Shown piece after piece: positions 36,315 to 45,333 of a stretch of 64,000 nt of DNA. The notes under the pieces are model-generated. The model was not told the DNA's origin. It did no database searches and saw only the letters and a list, made by a program, of their open reading frames with translations. This DNA comes from Caldilineaceae bacterium (lineage in GTDB: Bacteria; Chloroflexota; Anaerolineae; Caldilineales; Caldilineaceae): positions 161,217 through 225,216 of the forward strand of contig CBDDPZ010000009.1 in assembly GCA_965232575.1 (NCBI GenBank), in the 5' to 3' direction. How positions within the stretch are numbered: the first letter of the stretch is position 1; the number at the start of each line of letters is the position of its first letter. A program made the translations under genes and the position numbers.

Positions 36315-37676
36315 CTATTGTCTATACTCACCGTTTTGGATTGCATTCTGCCGGGCCTCTTCCTGCAGAGCCTGGATTTCGGCAACGTCGAGGCGATTGT
36401 TGGTACGGATGAAGAGCCGCCTCAACACCTGGAAGAAGCTTTGCCGCATGGTGTCGGGCAGCACGAGGAACAACGGCGGGCTTAATTCATCGGCGCCGCT
36501 CACGATCTGGTCGCCTTTTTCCGTTGCCGGAGACAGCAGTTCACGGTCGAACTCGCGATGGACCGGCACGTAGCCAATGTTGCTTTCATCCTCTCCAATC
36601 CGCTTCAGTTGCAGATTCTGTGCCTCTGCAGAGCCCATAAAGCTGGCGAACGCGGCGGCTTGTGGACGGTTGGGGGCATCAGCCGGGACGACGAAGCCGA
36701 ACACGATTGAAATCTCTCCAATGGGTAGGTTGGCATCCATTTGAGGAAACTGGAAAAAGTTTAATTCTTCGGTGAATACCGGCGGCAGTTCGCTCAGGCT
36801 GAAATGTGGGGCCAATGCCATCACAGCCTTTTCCCGGGTGAGTGGGCTTTCGGCGTCGCCACGGATAAGCGCGGTCATGCTGCCGATATCGGACGTGCTG
36901 CCGGGATTTTCGACAAAATAACCGCGGTCCAAAAGCGATATCCAGAACTCCCATACACGGCGAACGCGCTCATCATTATAACTAACGCGGCCGGCCATCA
37001 GTTCACGATGAAAGTCAGGTCCATTCAGCCGCATATTCAGGTAGTCGAACCAATAGTTGCTGATGAAGGGATTCTGTCCCGCCAGCGACAGCGGCGTCTC
37101 TCCGTAAGACAATAAGGTGTCACAGATACTCACAAACTCTTCCCAAGTGGCGGGCGGAGTCAGGCCATAACGATCAAATACCTTCTTGTTATAATAGATC
37201 CCCGTCCAGTTAAAGCCCGCTGGCACAAAGCGTAACGTGCCTTCAAAACGGCTGATATCCCTAAAGCGATTGCCATATGCCTCGGCCAGGTTGCCTTCCG
37301 TCCAGATGTCGGAGAGATCTGACAGTAGACCCAGCGCGGCAGCGTTACGAAGTTCATAGCCGTCCCACATCAAGATTACGTCAGGCGGAGGGGTGCCCAG
37401 CAAGTAATCACTGACGCTGAACTGAAAGTCCTGGCGGTCGATCTCGATGCTGGGCGCCAGTTCCTGGAACCGTTCTATCGCCACTTGCTCCGGCTCTGAG
37501 AAAATGGAATTGTTAGGGGAAAGGTAGGTCAGCGTTACCGGGGGACTGTCCGCCGCGAACAGGAATTCCTCCTCCGGCTCGCGTCCACATCCGCCCAATA
37601 TGACGCCAATGGTCAACAAGAGTAGCGCAAGTGATAAGCGCCTAACAGATCGGACCGGCAGCCGAATATGAAACAT
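36315..37676 (-). CDS. ABC transporter substrate-binding lipoprotein (carbohydrate type), orphan
   Basis: Signal plus lipobox: ..LALLLLTIGVILGGC... Family-1 extracellular solute-binding features: ..DVILMWDGYEL.., ..FVPAGFNWTGIYYNKKVFDRYGL.., ..TWEEF... No permease or ATPase gene is adjacent. Confidence 0.88.
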   Translation of the reverse strand: MFHIRLPVRSVRRLSLALLLLTIGVILGGCGREPEEEFLFAADSPPVTLTYLSPNNSIFSEPEQVAIERFQELAPSIEIDRQDFQFSVSDYLLGTPPPDVILMWDGYELRNAAALGLLSDLSDIWTEGNLAEAYGNRFRDISRFEGTLRFVPAGFNWTGIYYNKKVFDRYGLTPPATWEEFVSICDTLLSYGETPLSLAGQNPFISNYWFDYLNMRLNGPDFHRELMAGRVSYNDERVRRVWEFWISLLDRGYFVENPGSTSDIGSMTALIRGDAESPLTREKAVMALAPHFSLSELPPVFTEELNFFQFPQMDANLPIGEISIVFGFVVPADAPNRPQAAAFASFMGSAEAQNLQLKRIGEDESNIGYVPVHREFDRELLSPATEKGDQIVSGADELSPPLFLVLPDTMRQSFFQVLRRLFIRTNNRLDVAEIQALQEEARQNAIQNGEYRQ

Positions 37677-37771
37677 ACTGGTATTCCTCGAAAGATACGC
37701 CTAAGGTCGGGAGCGATGAGTCTCCTGGCGACCTGCTGTTAGCAGGGGCGTTGTGATTTTCCAACCAAAGG

Positions 37772-38728
37772 CTACGCGGCAGAGCTCTGCAGCCGCTTGG
37801 CCAAGGCTTGGATGTGAGGCAGTCCGGTGCCGCAACAACCACCTACCAGTTGGACACCCTGACCAATCCATGACATGGCACGGTCGGCGAAGACCTCGGG
37901 CTCGATTATATCGACAAATTGCCAGTGGGGCATCTCAAAATAACCGCTCTCGGGATAGGCGCCGGTTGGTCCGTCCCAGACAACCTGAATTGCGCTCAGT
38001 GCCTCACCGGTTATGTCCACGTCGCTATGCATTATGGCTGCCAGCGATCCGCCTTCTGCCATCACCGCGGCAACGCCCGCAGCCAGCGGAACCTCTTCGC
38101 GGATGGTAGGGGCCAGCTTGAGGCCGCCTCTCTCCATGCGCTCGCAACTAAATCCTACCCATACAGGCAGGCCAGTTGCCGAAGCCGCCTCGAGAGCAGC
38201 GCAGCTGTATTCAACGTCTCGCATCATTTCCAGCAGCAGAAAGTCGACACCGGACTCGGCCAGGAGCTCAGCCTGCTCCGCAAAGCCGACCTTCATTTTC
38301 TGCGGTGAAGGTCGAGTCTCATCGCCAAGGCCCCCAGCCATCGGCGAGATCGACCCGGCAACCCAGACTGTACTGGGTGCGGCATCCCATTCCCCTTTGC
38401 TACTATTGCTCTTTGCCTCGCCAGCTTCTTCTCTTGCTTGAAGCGCCAGCTGGGCGGCCTGCCGGTTAATCTCTTCAGTGCGACCCTCGACGCCCGCAGC
38501 CCGCAGCATATGCCGTCCGCTGGCGAAGGTGTTGGTGATTATTACCTCCGCACCTACACGAATGTAGTCGAGATGCACCTGCCTTACCACATCGGGATGA
38601 GTGGCAACGGCCAAGCCGCTCCAGGCGACATTGTTCATCGGCACGCCCCGGCTCTGCAACTCGGTCCCTGTCGCGCCGTCCAGGAGGATTGGTCGGCTGT
38701 CTTTGAGTCGTTCGCTGATGGTTGTCAT
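37772..38728 (-). CDS. homocysteine S-methyltransferase family protein
   Basis: ..ILLDGATGTELQSRG.., ..GAEVIITNTF.., ..WVGFSC.., C-terminal zinc-thiolate motif ..VGGCCGTG... Confidence 0.9.
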   Translation of the reverse strand: MTTISERLKDSRPILLDGATGTELQSRGVPMNNVAWSGLAVATHPDVVRQVHLDYIRVGAEVIITNTFASGRHMLRAAGVEGRTEEINRQAAQLALQAREEAGEAKSNSSKGEWDAAPSTVWVAGSISPMAGGLGDETRPSPQKMKVGFAEQAELLAESGVDFLLLEMMRDVEYSCAALEAASATGLPVWVGFSCERMERGGLKLAPTIREEVPLAAGVAAVMAEGGSLAAIMHSDVDITGEALSAIQVVWDGPTGAYPESGYFEMPHWQFVDIIEPEVFADRAMSWIGQGVQLVGGCCGTGLPHIQALAKRLQSSAA

Positions 38729-38839
38729 AGGATGTAAACTCCGTTAGCACGGATGTGTTTGGGGGAAACTAAGAAGCCAACCGCCAAAATGAGCACCAGA
38801 GAACTTGCGCCGCAACTACGGTCTGGCGACTTTCGGGCT

Positions 38840-38868
38840 ATTGTAACAGCCGAGAATGAAAAAGCGAA
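38840..38868 (-). promoter_or_regulatory. putative extended -10 promoter (TTCGCT-17-TACAAT with TGn)
   Basis: The minus strand reads TTCGCT, a 17-nt spacer ending TGT, then TACAAT. It lies about 105 nt upstream of ATG 38728. The -35 is weak. Confidence 0.4.
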
Positions 38869-39340
38869 CTACCCCTGTGATCGGTAAACAGCTGGGGAAA
38901 GAATGGCCAATGATCAGTGCCCCCGACACTAAGACGAAGAAGAGTCCTGCTAACTCCAGCCCTATACCGGTTCATGCAGAAACTACACTAAGGTCTCACC
39001 CGCTGCATAGGGATGAGGGGCTCACAATTTTGGGGGCAGTTCTACTCTGCCAACCCTCCATGGCACGAACAGTCCCATGGAAGGGCACTCGATCAATGGA
39101 GAGCATCCTCATGTATTTCAGAACTCCTGTTGCCTTGTGTGCACGCTAACTCCTTACGCCCTTGCTGTTCCAGGCCGGATAGGATAGGCTTGCGGGCATA
39201 GCAGCCACACAGCTGTGCAATTGCACTTTCCAGTGGAACGGCAACTGCGGCAGTTTACTGATAAACACAGGACTGATCGTCACTAACACGCCGAATTTGT
39301 CCCGGCGCAACCATGCCCGACTGAAGAAGAGAATGTCTAA

Positions 39341-40681
39341 ATGACTTCACCGATCTACAAGCGACCAACTGACCTACTACGGACGCTGATCCGCTATGAC
39401 ACGACAAATCCTCCCGGAAACGAGGCCGAATGCATCAGATACCTGAACGGTCTGCTGCAGGAAGGCGGCTTGGCAACAACCCTCCTGGCGAAGGACCCGA
39501 ACAGGCCCAATCTGGTAACACGTTTACCGGGACGCGGCGAGGTGCCCGGGCTGGTCTTACAGGGCCATGTGGATGTAGTAACAACCGCGAACCAAACCTG
39601 GCAACATGATCCTTTCGGCGCCGACCTGATCGATGGGCTTGTCTGGGGCAGAGGAAGCCTGGATATGAAAAGCGGCGTGACGATGATGACCTGCGCGGTG
39701 TTGCGCGCCGCTGCCGAGGGGCGCGTACCGGCAGGCGACATTATACTGACGATAATGAGCGACGAGGAGGCCGGCAGCGACTACGGCGCCCGCTTCCTGA
39801 CCGAAGAGCACCCCGAGCAGTTCGAGGGCGCCAAGTACGCCATCGGCGAAGGGGGAGGAAGCGCCCAATACCTGGGCGACCAGCGTTTCTATCCGTTGAT
39901 GGTCGCCGAAAAGCAGGTCTGCTGGCTGCGTACGCGTCTGACAGGTCCGGGCGGACACGGCTCGACGCCGCTGCGTGATGGCGCTATGGCCCGGCTGGGC
40001 AAGCTGTTGACAACGCTCAATGGTAACAGATTGCCAGTGCATGTTACGCCGGTGATGGAGCAGATGTTGCCAGCGCTGGCCGAGCAGGCGCAAGGCCCGC
40101 TGGCCGAGCAGGCAATGGCCCTGCTGGACCCGGAACGCACTGACGCCACGCTCGATAAGATGGCCGCGGATGGAGTGCCCCAGGCTCGGTCCTTTGACGC
40201 GCTGCTACACAATACTGTAAATGCTACAGTCGTGGGCGGCGGAATCAAGACGAATGTAATCCCCAGCGAGATCGTGTTGGAACTTGATGGACGGGTCCTG
40301 CCGGGCTTCACCGCCGACAACCTGATCTCCGAACTGCATGATCTACTGGGCGATGATCTTCCATTTGAGATTATCCGACACGACCCAGGGACTGCTGACG
40401 TAAACATGGGCCTGTTCCCGCTGCTCAAGGGCATTGTGGAAGAGCTCGACCCGGAGGGCGTAGTTATCCCTTCGATGGTGGGCGGCTTTACCGATGGACG
40501 TATGTTTTCCCGTCTGGGCATTCAAAACTACGGATTCTTGCCGATGAAACTTCCGCCTGGCACTAATTTTGGCGCAACTGTCCATGCAGCCGATGAGCGC
40601 GTGCCAGTGGAGGCATTAGAGTTCGGATTACAAGCCATTTCTTCAGTTTTGGAACGTTACGGCGAAGGCGGCGCGGTCTGA
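39341..40681 (+). CDS. M20/M25/M40 family metallohydrolase (dipeptidase-like)
   Basis: ..LVLQGHVDVV.., ..WGRGSLDMKSG.., ..IMSDEEAGSDYGA.., ..GGFTDGR... Confidence 0.9.
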   Translation: MTSPIYKRPTDLLRTLIRYDTTNPPGNEAECIRYLNGLLQEGGLATTLLAKDPNRPNLVTRLPGRGEVPGLVLQGHVDVVTTANQTWQHDPFGADLIDGLVWGRGSLDMKSGVTMMTCAVLRAAAEGRVPAGDIILTIMSDEEAGSDYGARFLTEEHPEQFEGAKYAIGEGGGSAQYLGDQRFYPLMVAEKQVCWLRTRLTGPGGHGSTPLRDGAMARLGKLLTTLNGNRLPVHVTPVMEQMLPALAEQAQGPLAEQAMALLDPERTDATLDKMAADGVPQARSFDALLHNTVNATVVGGGIKTNVIPSEIVLELDGRVLPGFTADNLISELHDLLGDDLPFEIIRHDPGTADVNMGLFPLLKGIVEELDPEGVVIPSMVGGFTDGRMFSRLGIQNYGFLPMKLPPGTNFGATVHAADERVPVEALEFGLQAISSVLERYGEGGAV

Positions 40682-40696
40682 CAACTTCTACGTCAC

Positions 40697-41476
40697 ATGA
40701 AAATGGTTAGAGACAGCGACCTGAAAGGTGCCGTTCAGGAGCAGTTTGGACCTGTAGCGGCAAATTATCTTACAAGCGCCGTACATGCGCAGGGCGAGGA
40801 TCTGCCTGTGATGGTGCAAGCCGCAAGTCTGCGTGGAGATGAGCGAGTTCTGGATGCAGGTTGCGGCGCAGGGCATACTGCAGCAAGTTTCGCTCCTCAC
40901 GTAGCAGAAGTGGTGGCCCTCGATTTCACCGCCTCCATGCTACGCCAAGTCGAGGTGCTCGCCGAGAACCGGGGTCTGGAGAACGTCAGCACGCGCCTGG
41001 GTGACGTGGAGTCGCTGCCCTTCAATGATGCAACTTTCGATCTCATCGTCTCCCGTTACAGCGCGCATCATTGGGCAAAGCCTGAACAGGCGCTGCGTGA
41101 ATTCCGTCGGGTTCTGCGCGGCGACGGCATGTTCGTTCTGAGCGACGTATTGGGGTTCGGCGATTATGTCTGTGACACATACCTAAACGCCATAGAAGTG
41201 TTGCGCGATCCCTCCCATGTGCGGGACTATACGCTTAAGGAATGGGAGGATTTTTTTGCAGGCGCTGGTTTCGAATTGGAAGTGATATTTCCTTACCGCA
41301 TTTTTCTCGAATTTGAGGAGTGGACGGAACGCATGGCAACTCCGGCAGCCAATCGGGTAGCTATACGTGCCCTTTACAGTGCCGCGCCGGCAGAGGTGAG
41401 GAAAGCGATGGGAATGAGTGAAGAGGGCCACTCCTTCCAGTGCGCGGTCCTGCTAGGGAAGAACTATGAGCGATGA
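40697..41476 (+). CDS. class I SAM-dependent methyltransferase (type 11)
   Basis: ..RVLDAGCGAGHTAASFAPHVAEVVALDFTASM.., ..FDLIVSRYSAHHW.., ..VLRGDGMFVLSD... Confidence 0.9.
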   Translation: MKMVRDSDLKGAVQEQFGPVAANYLTSAVHAQGEDLPVMVQAASLRGDERVLDAGCGAGHTAASFAPHVAEVVALDFTASMLRQVEVLAENRGLENVSTRLGDVESLPFNDATFDLIVSRYSAHHWAKPEQALREFRRVLRGDGMFVLSDVLGFGDYVCDTYLNAIEVLRDPSHVRDYTLKEWEDFFAGAGFELEVIFPYRIFLEFEEWTERMATPAANRVAIRALYSAAPAEVRKAMGMSEEGHSFQCAVLLGKNYER

Positions 41477-41633
41477 ACGGCCTGACCCCGCCAGCCTGTC
41501 GAGTGTTGTTCGCAGGAGGGGTGAGGCACTCCTTATTCCGAAATTTGCTTGGCTGGCGCGTGAGCTTGGCAACACTTTTGGTTTCGAGCAAGGCAAATTC
41601 CGGGAGTGGCAATCGGTATTGCCTGTAGAGTAA
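41466..41633 (+). CDS. possible 55-aa ORF overlapping the methyltransferase stop
   Basis: Below the ORF-track length cutoff. ATG 41466 lies 11 nt inside the preceding gene. Sequence: MSDERPDPASLSSVVRRRGEALLIPKFAWLARELGNTFGFEQGKFREWQSVLPVE. It is followed by a GC stem (41637..41663) and a T-rich stretch. No family recognised. Confidence 0.3.
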   Translation: MSDERPDPASLSSVVRRRGEALLIPKFAWLARELGNTFGFEQGKFREWQSVLPVE

Positions 41634-41796
41634 AATGGGGCCACAGGCGGGGAAGGCGGCCCCAACTGAGAGCTTCTTTTCTTTATTGTCTTTCATGGAG
41701 CGACGCCGGGTGCCTTTGAAAGGGTTCGCGGGCGGCCGCATTGCAGGGAAAATACCCGAACACCCATACTCAGCACAAAAGTGAGGAGGATCTGAA

Positions 41797-42765
41797 GTGA
41801 CAACAAAGCCCATCATTTACACCGGCACAATCGGGCAGAGCGTATGGCGCAGCCACGACGGCGGCGACTTCTGGGAGCGTGCTTCGAAAGGCCTGTTCAT
41901 GGAGGCGGACATTCGGGCTATAGCCATTGACCCGGACAATTCGGCAGTACTATATGCGGGGACGGAAGCCGGCATCTACCGCACGCGGGATGGCGGAGAC
42001 TCGTGGGGGTTGGTCGATTCGCCGATGAACGAACTTGAGATCTGGGCGCTCGCCATCGATCCCTCAAACTCGGATACGATCTTCGCGGGGACCTGTCCTT
42101 CTGCCCTTTACCGCTCTCGTGACGGCGGCGGCTCCTGGCAGAAGCTGGATGTTGAACTGGCGGAAGAGTGCGAGGGCATTCCGATTACGCCCCGCGTGAC
42201 CATCATTCTCATCGATCCGGAAGACTCCCAGACCGTCTACGCCGGCATTGAAATCGACGGTATGCGCATCAGCCGCGACGGCGGCGATACGTGGCAGGAA
42301 GGCAGCGAGGGCCTGTCCAGCCTGGACATCCATGGTCTCGCCGTTGTCCCCGGCTCGCCCAAGACGTTGGTCGCAGCCACAAATAACGATGTCTGCGTGA
42401 CAACCGACATGCAGAATTGGACGCCCCTTGAAGTCAAGGACCACTATCCCTGGCCCTACTGCCGGGGCGTTATTCATCTGTCAAATGGAGACAGTCGCAT
42501 CTGGGTGGGAGCCGGCAACGGCCCGCCCGGGGACGAAGGCGGCCTGTTCCATAGCGTCGATCTGGGAAAGACGTGGCAGCGGGCCGACCTTGGCTGCGTA
42601 GCCAACAGTACAATCTGGGCGGTTTCACACAATCCGGCAATACCCGACTGGATCGTAGCCTACAGTGTGGCCGGACAGCTCTATCGCAGCACAGATCGCG
42701 GGCACACCTGGACGAAGCTGGAGCGGGAATTCGGCGAAGTTCGGGCAGTGGCGCTTGCGGTATAG
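41797..42765 (+). CDS. BNR/Asp-box repeat beta-propeller protein (Ycf48/sialidase-like fold)
   Basis: GTG start with GAGGAGG 7 nt upstream. Six Asp-box-like repeats: SHDGGDFW, TRDGGDSW, SRDGGGSW, SRDGGDTW, SVDLGKTW, STDRGHTW. Confidence 0.8.
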   Translation: MTTKPIIYTGTIGQSVWRSHDGGDFWERASKGLFMEADIRAIAIDPDNSAVLYAGTEAGIYRTRDGGDSWGLVDSPMNELEIWALAIDPSNSDTIFAGTCPSALYRSRDGGGSWQKLDVELAEECEGIPITPRVTIILIDPEDSQTVYAGIEIDGMRISRDGGDTWQEGSEGLSSLDIHGLAVVPGSPKTLVAATNNDVCVTTDMQNWTPLEVKDHYPWPYCRGVIHLSNGDSRIWVGAGNGPPGDEGGLFHSVDLGKTWQRADLGCVANSTIWAVSHNPAIPDWIVAYSVAGQLYRSTDRGHTWTKLEREFGEVRAVALAV

Positions 42766-42788
42766 GCTTCTCTTCAAGTAAAAATTCA

Positions 42789-42824
42789 AACCCTGCCGGA
42801 GAGACGAATGGCCCCGGCAGGGTT
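42789..42824 (-). terminator. Rho-independent terminator (usable in both directions, U-tract on the minus strand)
   Basis: Perfect 11-bp stem (42789..42799 aaccctgccgg pairs with 42814..42824 ccggcagggtt), 14-nt loop. The minus strand continues tgaatttttac. Lies between the convergent BNR and HpcH genes. Confidence 0.7.
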
Positions 42825-42842
42825 GTATATCCCTCCTCCCGG

Positions 42843-43616
42843 TCAGGCGTTTTCTAGATTTCTGAAAGCCTCTACTCCAGGTCGAATTGAACTGACCAAT
42901 AGCTGGTAATCGGGCCCATAGCTTAGAAATGTAAAGCCCTTTGCGGCGAGGGCTTGCAACTCCTCGGGGCTGCCCGAACCGGCGCCGACAGCCACGCCGC
43001 AAGATCGGCCGACTGCCAAAGCGCGATCCATCACTGCGTCGATTTCCGGCAACGGCATGTCGAAAGGGTTCAATCCCATTGAGAGACAGAGATCAAACGC
43101 GCCAATAAACAGCACGTCGATACCCGGCACGCTGGCAATCTCTTCCAGGTTCTCGACCGCCTCTGGCGTCTCAATGATCAGCATGATCAATACATTTTCG
43201 TTGGCCCGCTCGAAGTATTCCTCGTATTCGGTCGTGTAGCGGGATGCCCGCAGCGGCCCGAAACTGCGCCGTCCCTGAGGAGGGTAACGAGTAGCGCGTA
43301 CGATTGCCTCGGCCTCGGCGACAGTTTTGACCATAGGCACCGCAATTCCCATCCCGCCGATGTCCAAAGACCTCTGAATAAAGACCGGGTCGGCCGAGGG
43401 AATGCGGACCAGCGGGATGGCATCTGTCCCGCCTATGGCCATGAGAATGTGCTCCACTTCCGCCATATCGAGGCCGTTGTGCTCCATCTCTATCAACAGC
43501 CATTCACACCCAGCGTGGCCAAGTAATTCAGCGACAGTCGCGCTTCCCATGCCCAGAAAACTGCCGAAAGTTTTCTCGCCGCTGCGCACTTTTTCCAGCA
43601 CGAAGTTGGATCGCAT
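42843..43616 (-). CDS. HpcH/HpaI family aldolase
   Basis: ..GSFLGMGSATVAELLGHAGCEWLLIEMEHNGLD.., ..PLVRIPS.., ..GIAVPMVKTVAEAEAIV..RYPPQGRRSFGP... ATG 43616 preferred (AGGAG 8 nt upstream) over ORF-track GTG 43625. Confidence 0.9.
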   Translation of the reverse strand: MRSNFVLEKVRSGEKTFGSFLGMGSATVAELLGHAGCEWLLIEMEHNGLDMAEVEHILMAIGGTDAIPLVRIPSADPVFIQRSLDIGGMGIAVPMVKTVAEAEAIVRATRYPPQGRRSFGPLRASRYTTEYEEYFERANENVLIMLIIETPEAVENLEEIASVPGIDVLFIGAFDLCLSMGLNPFDMPLPEIDAVMDRALAVGRSCGVAVGAGSGSPEELQALAAKGFTFLSYGPDYQLLVSSIRPGVEAFRNLENA

Positions 43617-43813
43617 CCTGATCACTCCTCGAATTTTGGTCGTAATGGTAACGAAGTAGGGGGAAGCTTTCCTCCCTATCTCTACAATGTAAAGTAGGTT
43701 CCATGAATGCAGGCCACGCCCTCCGCGTCTTCCCTATTCGCGATATCTCTTTTTTTGTCCTCGCTGAGCGCGGCCCTGTTCAGTTCTCGGGCGCCATTCG
43801 CGATGCAAATCAA

Positions 43814-45076
43814 TTACTTGGCGGGCAAGTCGGGCATCGGTGATGGAGGATGAAGTTGCCGTGTGCGCGCCCGGAACTGCATACCCTTCTCGGCCAGCGC
43901 GGCCAGTTCATCACTGTCCCCCGGAAACCAATTTTTCAATTGCTGGCGGGCAATCCGTACGTGCTCGATCTCATCGGCCCAATCGAAGTCTTGAAGAGTG
44001 GTCATAAGGGGATGGCGCGCAGTGTCGCGGCAGAACTCATATTCGGCGCGTTTGCCCGGTGGATACTTCATCAGGGCGGCCTCGACACCGATCCCCAACA
44101 TTGCGTAGAGCTCCAACGGCGTCATTGCGAAGAGGTATTCTATCTCGAAATCCCGCAACGGCAGGGTGGAACGGTCGCCGTACACTTGCTCAGCGGCGGC
44201 CTCTCCGAACAGAGAATGACGCATTTCATCCCACATGTGGCGGGAAATGGCAACGTAGAAGGACCAGGGTTGGTCCTCCACTTCCAAGAGTACGATGGCC
44301 AGTGCCTCCGCGATGGTGATTTCACCCAAGCGCGTGGCGATCATCTGTGCGAGACGCTCCGGCACGCGGTCCTCGTCAACATGGACTACATCCCATACGC
44401 TCGAGAACGAACTGTCTCGTTCAGGTCTTTTCGCAACCTTGAATGGACCCCCACTTCGGACAGGACGCACGTTTCCGGCCCCCGTCTCGCCAACGCCAGC
44501 GATGCCTCCGACGGCCTTCAGCATCCCCTCCAGCATGCCTGCCCAGTTTTTTGCGAGTTCCTCATCCTCTGTCGTTTTCACGACGTCTTCATAGGCGGCT
44601 TCCAGCAGTCCAAGGGTCTCCTTTGCCTCTGCGATGATGTTGCGCATCAAGCGCACCGATTCATAGTCGGCCAGGCCGTTGGTCTGACGAATATAGCTCC
44701 GGTAGGCTTGCAGCAGCGCCGGCTTGAACACCTTGGCCAGGGCGGCGAGCAGCTCAACGCTTCCGTCAGAATACATCGCTTCGTCCAGTACGACCTTTAG
44801 ACCATCATCAGGAACGCTATTGCTCTTGGCTTTGGATACCCGTAATTCCGTCAGCCGGTTCTTCAAAAGGTCTGAATGAAGGCCATCCTCATATTGGAGA
44901 CGCGACAACAGCCCTTTCAGGTCCCGCTGCGGAGTCGTTACAATATGTGCGGCCTGCAGGAACATCAGCCGCTCTTCGACATACGACAGTCTGTGAATCC
45001 GACGAGCGCACTCTTCTACGCTGAGACCGGGCTCTTTCGCCCTTTGCAGGCCGGCGAACTGGTAGCTGGCGTTCAT
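43814..45076 (-). CDS. hypothetical two-domain helical protein with ferritin-like diiron-type motifs
   Basis: ORF track 43814..45295. ATG 45076 (MNASYQFAGL..) preferred. The C-terminal half has E-x(about 27-37)-ExxH twice (..GEITIAEAL..WDEMRHSLFGE.. and ..GVEAALM..DWADEIEHVRI..). Confidence 0.65.
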   Translation of the reverse strand: MNASYQFAGLQRAKEPGLSVEECARRIHRLSYVEERLMFLQAAHIVTTPQRDLKGLLSRLQYEDGLHSDLLKNRLTELRVSKAKSNSVPDDGLKVVLDEAMYSDGSVELLAALAKVFKPALLQAYRSYIRQTNGLADYESVRLMRNIIAEAKETLGLLEAAYEDVVKTTEDEELAKNWAGMLEGMLKAVGGIAGVGETGAGNVRPVRSGGPFKVAKRPERDSSFSSVWDVVHVDEDRVPERLAQMIATRLGEITIAEALAIVLLEVEDQPWSFYVAISRHMWDEMRHSLFGEAAAEQVYGDRSTLPLRDFEIEYLFAMTPLELYAMLGIGVEAALMKYPPGKRAEYEFCRDTARHPLMTTLQDFDWADEIEHVRIARQQLKNWFPGDSDELAALAEKGMQFRARTRQLHPPSPMPDLPAK

Positions 45077-45211
45077 CAGATTGCCTTTCGAAGACTGGCA
45101 GGACACTGAAGGGAAGAGAGAAGATGAGCGAACTGTCCGGCCCATTGCGTGGCAATCAGTATAGAAGATAGTCGACGAATCATCAACCGCAGCCCGATCA
45201 GCCGAATCCCG

Positions 45212-45240
45212 TTGATAAAATGGCGCAATGATGTTACAGT
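45212..45240 (+). promoter_or_regulatory. putative promoter (TTGATA-17-TACAGT, TGn extended)
   Basis: TTGATA at 45212..45217, 17-nt spacer ending TGT, TACAGT at 45235..45240. About 95 nt upstream of ribokinase. Confidence 0.5.
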
Positions 45241-45333
45241 CCGCAATACCTTGGTTCCGTTCTCTCGGCAGACCTGGAGCCATGGGCCATTTCAAGCATC
45301 CAAGTCTGATGACGGCTGACGCGGAAGTAGGAT

